From positions 1 to 52,166 of the forward strand of contig JAGWKO010000003.1 of assembly GCA_028873295.1 (NCBI GenBank): a stretch of DNA of 52,166 nucleotides, read 5' to 3'. The notes under the pieces were generated by a model, which made no database searches, was not told where the DNA came from, and worked only from the letters and a program-made list of their open reading frames with translations. Positions within the stretch are counted from its first letter, which is position 1, and the number at the start of each line of letters is the position of its first letter. A program made the translations under genes and the position numbers. This document shows positions 30,474-38,314 of the stretch, in pieces. Origin of the DNA: Verrucomicrobiota bacterium. GTDB lineage: Bacteria; Chlamydiota; Chlamydiia; Chlamydiales; SM23-39.

Positions 30474-31214
30474 ATGAAAGAACGGGTATTTCGTAACGTT
30501 GTGCAATGCCAGAAATTATGGCTAACGCAGCAACTGGGTTCTCTTATGTTCAATTCATCAACTGGGGAGATCGAGCCTGCCAATGCTGCAACTCGTCAAG
30601 CAGCAAAGGGAGCTAATTGGATCCCTGTACAGTTGAAAATAAAAGGACAGGGAGTGCCTCACTGCTATCTTGCAGGTAAGGAAGGTCGTCCCTTTAATCT
30701 TTCTGAAGTGGATGCTGTTGCTGCAGAAGTGGCAACGGAAACATTACAGGCAATCGATGAGATGATTGACACGCACGCAAGGGCGAGTCTTCCTCATGTA
30801 GGCCCTGTGATGAATCGTCAGGAGGCAGAGCGTGTTTTACAAGGGCAAAAGCCGGGAACTTACATGATCACAGAGGCGGATCCCTCTTTGGAGAATGTAG
30901 CCCAGTCTCTTTCCCGAACGAACAATGCGCTTGTCATTACTTACCTTTTGACAATCATTGGGGAGAATAACCGTCCTCAGCAGTACCAGATTTGCGCTTC
31001 AAAATGGGGATGGACGATTTTGCAAGATCAGCCTGATCTGAAAAATCATGTCTATAAGCACCATGCTAACTTCAATGCTCTTTTGGAGACGATTGCTCCA
31101 AAGAACAAGATCCTCTTTAAAGCGCCAAAATCGCAACAAAAAGAGGGTTTTTCACAGAATAAACCTTCCCAGGAAAATCCAGAACAGAGAAAACGACAAA
31201 AACCCTCTTCCTAA
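30474..31214 (+). CDS. Hypothetical protein with SH2-like domain
   Basis: VGPVMNRQEAERVLQGQKPGTYMITEAD resembles the SH2 alphaA-betaB consensus (G.ISR.EAE..L....GTFLVRES). Confidence 0.55.
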   Translation: MKERVFRNVVQCQKLWLTQQLGSLMFNSSTGEIEPANAATRQAAKGANWIPVQLKIKGQGVPHCYLAGKEGRPFNLSEVDAVAAEVATETLQAIDEMIDTHARASLPHVGPVMNRQEAERVLQGQKPGTYMITEADPSLENVAQSLSRTNNALVITYLLTIIGENNRPQQYQICASKWGWTILQDQPDLKNHVYKHHANFNALLETIAPKNKILFKAPKSQQKEGFSQNKPSQENPEQRKRQKPSS

Positions 31215-31229
31215 TTGAAGTCAGAAACA

Positions 31230-31256
31230 GTTCACACCCCGTTCTGGGGTGTGAAC
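31230..31256. terminator. Hairpin between convergent genes (probable terminator)
   Basis: GTTCACACCCC-GTTCT-GGGGTGTGAAC, 11-bp perfect stem. Confidence 0.6.
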
Positions 31257-31262
31257 ATCTCT

Positions 31263-31892
31263 TCAAGTTAAGAGAGGACAGAGTTCTTTGAGAACATCGC
31301 GCAGAACCTCAAGTGGCGTCTGCGTCGCGTCAAATCGTGAAATAAGAGCAGAGGGATAGTGGGAGAGCAGCGGAGTCGTCTCCTGCTGATAAACTTCCAT
31401 TCGCGCCCGCAGAATCCCCTCATCCATATCATCATGTCTTTTTTCAATCAGAGCCCTTCTTCGAAGCCGTTCGAGAAGAATGGCCGGTTTTGGAACTTCC
31501 AAAACGATCAGACGCTCTACGCAAATGTGTGCTTCGAGAAGACGCGCCTGGCAAACTGTTCGGGGAATTCCATCCAGAAGTAACAGTTGTCTTTCCGGAA
31601 AATAGCGATTTGTCGCCATCAACCCGTGCACATAGTGGCGCCAAATTTCAACAGTCACCTCATCCGGCACCAAAAGCCCGCGCCCCGCATAGAGATGATA
31701 AAGCTTGCCAGCAGGCGATTCAGGGGAGAGTCCGCGAAAAATATCCCCGGAGGAGAGATGAAAGTGATTTCCAGCGCTGCTCAAAAATTTACCGAGAGTT
31801 CCCTTGCCAGATCCAGGAGGACCAAACAGCAAAAGAGAGCGCAGCTGCCCGCTATACTCGGAAATCACACGACTCTCTTTGTTGCATTGCAT
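31263..31892 (-). CDS. adk: Adenylate kinase
   Basis: GPPGSGKGT, HLSSGDIFR, LLDGIPRT, R.DD. Confidence 0.9.
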   Translation of the reverse strand: MQCNKESRVISEYSGQLRSLLLFGPPGSGKGTLGKFLSSAGNHFHLSSGDIFRGLSPESPAGKLYHLYAGRGLLVPDEVTVEIWRHYVHGLMATNRYFPERQLLLLDGIPRTVCQARLLEAHICVERLIVLEVPKPAILLERLRRRALIEKRHDDMDEGILRARMEVYQQETTPLLSHYPSALISRFDATQTPLEVLRDVLKELCPLLT

Positions 31893-32039
31893 AGTAGTCT
31901 TACCTCATGACAAAAAAAGAGAGTATATTCGATTTTTCTAAATTGCGCCAGGTTTTTTTTATTTAGAAAAAGTGCGACGTTTGACTTTTTATCTAGTTTG
32001 GCAATACAATTAATGCAGGTTAATTTTTTTGTGGATAGT

Positions 32040-32527
32040 ATGAATGATGTATCTTTGAAGGATTTTTATTATTGTTAATCAGTGGAAAGTTGACGATGGT
32101 GGTTTAAAATTCGATAATGGTGTTCCAATGTATATTAAAGATTTAAGTACATGATTCCCTTATTTGAATGAATCTTCTGGGATCATACGATATAAATGTT
32201 TCCTTCTGACACTCGGGAGTCCAATCATCCAGCCTTGCATGACTTTGGCTTTTCTTGTTACGAGTATTGCGGAGCGTATTTTTTCGAAAGAGCCCGCTGC
32301 AATTCCTCTTGAGGTAGTAGCTCTCAGGGCTCTTCTTGCTCCATTTGTTATCGTTGGGTTGGAACTTGCTGCAATATTATGGCCTCTTCATGCCTCACGA
32401 TGGCAGAAAGCTCTACGCTACGCTTGAGCGCGTTCTCTATGGTGGCGACTGTCTTGCGCCTTGCTTCCAGCCGAGTGCATTTCGCCATCTTTTTCATGGG
32501 AATATTGAAATGCAAAATGCATTTTAA
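32040..32527 (+). pseudogene. Degraded tandem paralog of 32590-33102
   Basis: KDF / PMYIK / YLN..KCFLL.LG.P / GLELAA / MPHDGRKLYATLER / LAP.FQPS align to the next gene across two frameshifts and an in-frame TGA (32152). Confidence 0.8.
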
Positions 32528-32589
32528 ACACTTTGTTTGATAGTTAACATAATTAACATAGTATGCTATAATACATTAACGGTTGATTT

Positions 32590-33102
32590 ATGACATTTGG
32601 TTTAAGTAACGTTAATCATAAAGATTTTGATATTATTAATGAGTGGGAGACTCAATCCTTTCCTGCCTATCCCGATAGTAACATTCCCATGTATATTAAG
32701 GAGATAGGTGCGAACCGCCGCTATCTCAATCAAAGTGCAACAGTTTTGCGAGGTAAGTGTTTTTTGCTTGCACTCGGAACCCCCTTTTTTCATGCTATAG
32801 CAGCGGTGGTCAAGATAGCGGTTGAAGTTGCGTTTATTGCGGGGTTTCTTTTCGGATTTGTGAGTAAGGAAAGTGCCAAAAAGGCGGGATTTGCTCTCCT
32901 ATGCGATCTCTTTTTTGCCCCTGCCACTCTGCTTGGATTGGAACTTGCCGCGCTCTATGGGATCTTTATGCCTCATGATGGCAGAAAACTTTACGCTACG
33001 CTTGAGCGGTTCCAATACAATAGCGCTGTCCTTGCTCCCGGGTTCCAGCCATCGCCGGAAGATGCGGAAAAGTACCGATATAACGACTTTTTTGAGATAT
33101 AA
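32590..33102 (+). CDS. Hypothetical membrane protein
   Basis: 170 aa with long central hydrophobic segments; own TGnTATAAT promoter. Confidence 0.7.
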   Translation: MTFGLSNVNHKDFDIINEWETQSFPAYPDSNIPMYIKEIGANRRYLNQSATVLRGKCFLLALGTPFFHAIAAVVKIAVEVAFIAGFLFGFVSKESAKKAGFALLCDLFFAPATLLGLELAALYGIFMPHDGRKLYATLERFQYNSAVLAPGFQPSPEDAEKYRYNDFFEI

Positions 33103-33104
33103 CC

Positions 33105-34892
33105 TTAACTCTTCAGAACTTCCATGAAGGCGCTTTGAGGGATATTCACTTTCCCGATCTCTTTCATTCGCTTCTTGCCCTCTTTCTGCTTTTCCCAGAG
33201 CTTGCGTTTGCGCGTGATGTCGCCTCCATAGCATTTGGCAGTCACGTTTTTGGTAAGAGCGCTGATCGTTTCGCGAGCGATGATTTTCCCGCCGATAGCT
33301 GCCTGAATGGGGACTTTGAAGAGCTGTTGTGGAATCACTTCCTTGAGTTTGGCGCAAATGGCTCTTCCCTTTGCCTCCGCTTTCGTGCGATGCACAAGGC
33401 AGGAGAAAGCATCGACAGGCTCTTCATTAACGCGAATTTCAAGCTTCACAATATCGCTGGGGGCGTGGCCAGAGAATTCATAGTCAAACGAACCATAGCC
33501 GCGCGTTACTGATTTAAGCTTGTCATTGAAGTCGGTGATCATCTCATTCATCGGAAGGCGATAGGTGAGCAGGAGGGCCGAGGAGCTGAGTGTCTCTGTC
33601 TTGTCCAGAGAGCCGCGTTTTTCCTGACATAGATTCATGATGGCCCCCAGATATTCAGAGGGAGTCATGATGCGCATTGTTACCCATGGCTCTTCGACAG
33701 TATCCAGATGTGCAGGATCGGGATAGCGCACGGGATTATCTACCTCCAGGCGCTCCCCATTCTGGAGTGTGCAGCGATAGATCACGCTGGGCGCTGTCGT
33801 AATGATATCGAGCAAAAACTCTCGCGTGAGGCGCTCTACGACAATTTCCAAATGAAGCAGTCCTAAAAATCCACAGCGAAATCCAAAGCCAAGGGCAAGG
33901 CTGCTCTCCTGCTCGACATGGAGGGCAGAGTCATTGAGTCGCAATTTGGCAAGCGCATCGCGCAGAGCCGTAAAATCGGAGCTGTCGATCGGATAGATTC
34001 CTGCAAAAACTACGGGAGCGATGATCTGAAAGCCAGGCAGAGGATGCGGCGCTGCTTCTTTATGAAGGGTGACGGTGTCGCCAATTTTGACATCACTTGT
34101 CTCCTTGATATGCGCCACAAAATAGCCCACTTCCCCAGGCCGCAAAAGAGATACCGGTGTCTCATGAGGAGTAAATTTTCCTACCTCTTGCACAAGGAAA
34201 GATTGCCCTGTCGCCATGAAGCGAATCTCATCGCCCTTTGCAAGCTCACCGCTGACCAGGCGAACGTAGACCATGACACCGCGGAAGGAGTCATAGTGAG
34301 AATCAAAGACAAGTGCGCGAAGCTTCTCATCAGGTGCAGGCGCCGGAGCGGGAAGACGGGCGAGAATCGCAGCAAGAAGTGCTTCAACCCCAAGTCCTCT
34401 TTTTGCCGAAATAGAGATCGCATCAGAAGCATCAAGACCGATGACTCTTTCAATCTGCTCTTTGACACCTTCGGGATCCGCAGCAGGCAGGTCGATTTTG
34501 TTGATGACAATGAGGATCTCCAAATTGCGCATGAGAGCGAGATGAACATTGGCAAGAGTCTGAGCTTGCACCCCCTGCACGGCGTCAACAACAAGAAGAG
34601 CCCCTTCACAGGCGGCAAGAGATCTGGAGACCTCATAGGCGAAATCCACGTGTCCCGGAGTGTCAATAAGATTGAGCTGATACTCTCCATGCTGCATCGA
34701 AACAGGACGCGCTTTGATCGTAATTCCGCGCTCCCGCTCGAGTTCCATGCTGTCGAGGAACTGCTCCTGCATCTCTCTTGTCTCCACTGTATGTGTGAGT
34801 TCGAGAAGCCGATCTGCCAGGGTCGATTTGCCATGATCGATGTGCGCAATGATAGAAAAGTTGCGAATCTTTTCGCGATTGTAGGAGGTCAT
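33105..34892 (-). CDS. lepA: Translation elongation factor 4
   Basis: [44 protein letters not shown]. Confidence 0.97.
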   Translation of the reverse strand: MTSYNREKIRNFSIIAHIDHGKSTLADRLLELTHTVETREMQEQFLDSMELERERGITIKARPVSMQHGEYQLNLIDTPGHVDFAYEVSRSLAACEGALLVVDAVQGVQAQTLANVHLALMRNLEILIVINKIDLPAADPEGVKEQIERVIGLDASDAISISAKRGLGVEALLAAILARLPAPAPAPDEKLRALVFDSHYDSFRGVMVYVRLVSGELAKGDEIRFMATGQSFLVQEVGKFTPHETPVSLLRPGEVGYFVAHIKETSDVKIGDTVTLHKEAAPHPLPGFQIIAPVVFAGIYPIDSSDFTALRDALAKLRLNDSALHVEQESSLALGFGFRCGFLGLLHLEIVVERLTREFLLDIITTAPSVIYRCTLQNGERLEVDNPVRYPDPAHLDTVEEPWVTMRIMTPSEYLGAIMNLCQEKRGSLDKTETLSSSALLLTYRLPMNEMITDFNDKLKSVTRGYGSFDYEFSGHAPSDIVKLEIRVNEEPVDAFSCLVHRTKAEAKGRAICAKLKEVIPQQLFKVPIQAAIGGKIIARETISALTKNVTAKCYGGDITRKRKLWEKQKEGKKRMKEIGKVNIPQSAFMEVLKS

Positions 34893-34897
34893 GTGAG

Positions 34898-35067
34898 GAA
34901 CCTATCCCAGTAATGAGCTTCTGTCGATTTTCGGGTTCTTTTGAGCCGAATTTTGCTTCTTTTTTAGGGGACTGTATCAAACTTCGTATACAGCCCCCCA
35001 AAAAAGAAGCGAAATTCGGCCAAAATAATCCCGAAGATCGACGAAGCCTCATTACTGGGATAGGTTC
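34898..35067. repeat. Palindromic repeat element family A, copy 2 (170 bp, complete)
   Basis: GAACCTATCCCAGTAATGAG ... CTCATTACTGGGATAGGTTC termini, imperfect palindrome throughout; 5 bp upstream of the lepA start. Confidence 0.9.
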
Positions 35068-35080
35068 AGACATCTAATAT

Positions 35081-35116
35081 AAAAAAAAAAGGCCCTTATT
35101 GCAAGGGCCTCTTTTT
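35081..35116 (-). terminator. Rho-independent terminator of npt1
   Basis: AGGCCCTT/AAGGGCCT stem followed on the minus strand by a long T run. Confidence 0.8.
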
Positions 35117-35141
35117 CAGCAAAAGCTCTTAGAGTAACAGG

Positions 35142-36734
35142 TTACTTTCGAACACCTTCTACAGAAGCTGTCGCCAGCTGTGGAGAAGATACTGCAGGAG
35201 CTGCTTCCAGCTCTGCTGCTGTTTCCTTTTCTCTTTGTTCAGAGAGAGCGAGGAAGCGCTTGTTCAGAGCAAGTGCACCCACGATCCAGGCTGTAAGAAT
35301 CGCGACGAAAATCGCCATGTTATAAGGAGCTACCTGAATCACGCTTGTCGCATTGAAGACAATGAAGAGAATCTGCTGTACGGCAGCTCCGCCAGATTTA
35401 CCAAGGCGTGCTCCTACAACGTCGATCGCTGCCTTCCCTTTGAGCTTCACTTCAGAATCAAGAGGGATGTAGGCCATCTCTTTCGTAGGATCAAACATTG
35501 AGTACTTCGTTGACTTGGAGAGGATGTTTTGCGCCATTCCAAGTGCAACAGCAAGCATCAGAGGCGTTGTTCCAAACATCGCAATGAACCCGGTCAATTG
35601 ATCGCGGAACATCACGAAGGTAAAGAACAGGAGCCCCGTAATCGCAAGGACGATCGGTGTAAAGAGAGCGCCCGTGCGCCAGCCAAAGCGGCGGATGATG
35701 TTGCTTCCAAGAAGCATCATGCCGATGGTGGTCAGTCCTGTCAGAATCGAGAACCCGCCCATGAAGCGCTGGTAGTCGTTAGGATCTGGATACTGCAGCT
35801 TGAGCTGGCTCTTCCAGGTCACTTCGACGAGGTTGATCGACATTCCATAGCCAATCACAAGAAGTGTGATGCAGCCAAGATAAGGGGAGCGGAGGAGGTA
35901 GAGAAAACTTTCTTTGACAGACATCTTCGGCTTTGATTTCTTCTCTTTCTTCACTTCGCTTGGGTCATAGAATCTTGGATCGGTAAGTACTTCTTTGTTC
36001 ATCCAGTAGTAGAGAACAATTGTCGCACCGCAGGCTACAACCACCGCTCCGATCGTGTAGAAAAGAATTGTTTGCCATGCGTCAACGCCAGCAGGAAGAA
36101 TTGCGCGAAGATCAGTCAATTTTTGAATGAGCATACCGGCAGGAAGCATCGCAATGTTTGCTCCAAGGCCGAGAAGAGCGTAGAAACGCTTTGATTCGGA
36201 TACTTTCGTGATCTGGTTGACAAAACTCCAGAAGAGAAGAGAAAGAGCCACAGAGCCCCACAGTTCCGCCATGATATAGAAAAGGGAGGCAGGCCAGCTG
36301 CGCAGCATTCCGACAAGCCCTGCAAGTCCCTGCGGGAGAGTTGCTGACATCCAGTTAGTGAGAGCTACCGGAGAGAGTAGTTCGCGGTTGGGATAGAGCA
36401 GTGTAACAAAGAGGCCAAAGAAGACCGCAAAAAAGGCGATCGTCCCCATAAAAAGATTTTCTCTCTTCACAACATTGGCAAGTTTTGTAAAGACAACCAT
36501 GAAAAGAATTGCAAAAGGAATCACTCCCCACAATTTGAGAAAGGGGATTGTCTCTGCGCCGGTCGCCGTAACGATCAAAGTATCTTTTGTATCGCGCAGA
36601 ATTGTGTAGTTGAAGTTAATAAAGAAAAAAAGAAAGAACATAGGAAGAAATTTTTTCAGTTCAAAGCCATGAATTGGCCACAACATTGATCTGATCTTCC
36701 CAAAAGGAGCCGGAGCTACCGTTGTTTGTGACAT
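35142..36734 (-). CDS. npt1: ATP/ADP translocase (Npt1/TlcA, NTT family)
   Basis: WPIH..ELKKFLPM, NYTILRDTKD, AELWGS, FDPTKEMAYIPLD, KGKAAIDVVGARLGKSGG. Confidence 0.92.
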   Translation of the reverse strand: MSQTTVAPAPFGKIRSMLWPIHGFELKKFLPMFFLFFFINFNYTILRDTKDTLIVTATGAETIPFLKLWGVIPFAILFMVVFTKLANVVKRENLFMGTIAFFAVFFGLFVTLLYPNRELLSPVALTNWMSATLPQGLAGLVGMLRSWPASLFYIMAELWGSVALSLLFWSFVNQITKVSESKRFYALLGLGANIAMLPAGMLIQKLTDLRAILPAGVDAWQTILFYTIGAVVVACGATIVLYYWMNKEVLTDPRFYDPSEVKKEKKSKPKMSVKESFLYLLRSPYLGCITLLVIGYGMSINLVEVTWKSQLKLQYPDPNDYQRFMGGFSILTGLTTIGMMLLGSNIIRRFGWRTGALFTPIVLAITGLLFFTFVMFRDQLTGFIAMFGTTPLMLAVALGMAQNILSKSTKYSMFDPTKEMAYIPLDSEVKLKGKAAIDVVGARLGKSGGAAVQQILFIVFNATSVIQVAPYNMAIFVAILTAWIVGALALNKRFLALSEQREKETAAELEAAPAVSSPQLATASVEGVRK

Positions 36735-36904
36735 AGAGAAATTTCCCTCGTTATTACCAAGCAGACATGATAACAGAAGACGATTAAAGTGCAAGAGTCC
36801 CCCTATTCAATGCAACTACTGTTAACCGTCTAAAAGTAAAATTGATAGGATTCTTAAAAAAATCTGTCTGGCAAAAAAAATAACTACCATGCACCTTTTT
36901 CTTT

Positions 36905-38302
36905 ATGAATCTGAAAAAGGCGATCTCGTTTGCCCTTCCATTTATTTTAGGTCTTCTGCTCTGGTTTCTTCCTGCGCCAGAGGGTCTGCTTCGCGACGCG
37001 TGGCATCTCTTTGCTCTTTTTGTCGCGACGATCCTCGGTATTATTCTGCGCCCCTTCCCTATGGGGGTGATCGCTCTTTTTGGCCTCACCCTTGCTGTGA
37101 TTACGGGACTGCTTTCTTTCGAGCAGGCCTTCAGCGGCTTCAGCAATGAAATTGTCTGGCTTGTCGTCTTTGCTTTCTTTATCTCGCGCGCCTTTATTCA
37201 ATCGGGGTTGGGAGAGCGGATTGCCTATTCTCTGATGAGTCGGATCGGGAAGGAGACCTTGGGGCTGGGTTATGGTCTTGTCGCAACAGATCTTTTAATC
37301 GCTCCGATCATCCCAAGTCTTGCGGCAAGAGGTGGCGGTGTCATCTATCCGCTTCTTCAGTCCTTAACGACAATTTTTACAGGCGCCTCACACGATCCGC
37401 GCGTGGGTGCTTTTCTGACACTGAGCGCCTTTCAGGGAATGGCGATCACAAGTGCGATGTTTCTCACGGCAATGGCGGGCAATCCTTTAATCGCCCTCTA
37501 CGCCAAACAGCATGGTGCTACCATCATGTGGGGTGGTTGGGCGCTTGCGGCTCTCGTGCCGGGCCTTCTCAGCCTGGCGATTGCTCCCTGGCTTATCTAT
37601 CGCCTCGTGCGCCCCGTGATTCGCAAAACGCCTCATGCCCGTGAGATGGCAAAGGAGGCTTTGCGCAAGATGGGCCCGCTCACTCTGCAGGAAAAAATTC
37701 TTCTTTTGATTTTCCTGCTGATGATTCTTCTTTGGATATTTGGCCATTTGATTGGCTGTTCGGCGACGGTTACGGCTCTTATCGGCGTTGTTCTCCTGCT
37801 TTCTACTGGGGTTTTGCGCTGGAAGGAGATTCTGCAGGAGGGGAATGCCTGGGATACTTTTGTCTGGTTTGCCATCCTCATTACTCTGCCGCGCTATTTG
37901 ACGGAATTTGGATTTACGCACTGGTTCAGCGATCAGATCGCCTCTTCGCTGACGGGGCCTCACTGGATTGCGAGCTTCCTTGTGCTCTCTTTAGTCTATT
38001 TTTATGCGCACTACTTCTTTGCAAGCAATGTAGCGCACATTACAGCGCTCTTTGTCCCTTTTCTCATCGTTGCCATCTCTGTGGGGACGCCGCCCATGCT
38101 CGCTGCCCTTTCGCTTGGATTCCTCAGCAATCTCTTTGGTGGGCTGACGCACTATGGCTCGGGTCCTGCGCCCATTCTCTTCGGCACGGGCTTTGTCACT
38201 GTGCGCGAATGGTGGAAGATAGGCGCTCTCATCGGCCTTCTCAACATCGCAATCTGGCTTGGCATTGGCGCTGTTTGGTGGAAATTACTCGGTTTATGGT
38301 AA
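36905..38302 (+). CDS. DASS family di/tricarboxylate transporter (YbhI/CT204-like)
   Basis: IPSLAARGGG, TSAMFLTAMAGNP, HYFFASNVAH, THYGSGPAP. Confidence 0.9.
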   Translation: MNLKKAISFALPFILGLLLWFLPAPEGLLRDAWHLFALFVATILGIILRPFPMGVIALFGLTLAVITGLLSFEQAFSGFSNEIVWLVVFAFFISRAFIQSGLGERIAYSLMSRIGKETLGLGYGLVATDLLIAPIIPSLAARGGGVIYPLLQSLTTIFTGASHDPRVGAFLTLSAFQGMAITSAMFLTAMAGNPLIALYAKQHGATIMWGGWALAALVPGLLSLAIAPWLIYRLVRPVIRKTPHAREMAKEALRKMGPLTLQEKILLLIFLLMILLWIFGHLIGCSATVTALIGVVLLLSTGVLRWKEILQEGNAWDTFVWFAILITLPRYLTEFGFTHWFSDQIASSLTGPHWIASFLVLSLVYFYAHYFFASNVAHITALFVPFLIVAISVGTPPMLAALSLGFLSNLFGGLTHYGSGPAPILFGTGFVTVREWWKIGALIGLLNIAIWLGIGAVWWKLLGLW

Positions 38303-38314
38303 AAGCCATAAAAT

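Noticed and set aside
32542-32570. AGTTAACATAA resembles a dif XerD arm
   Set aside because: No XerC arm at 6-bp spacing; it lies in an AT-rich promoter.
34663-35073. 136-aa ORF as an N-terminal extension of LepA
   Set aside because: Different frame from lepA, and lepA already begins with a normal N-terminus at 34892.
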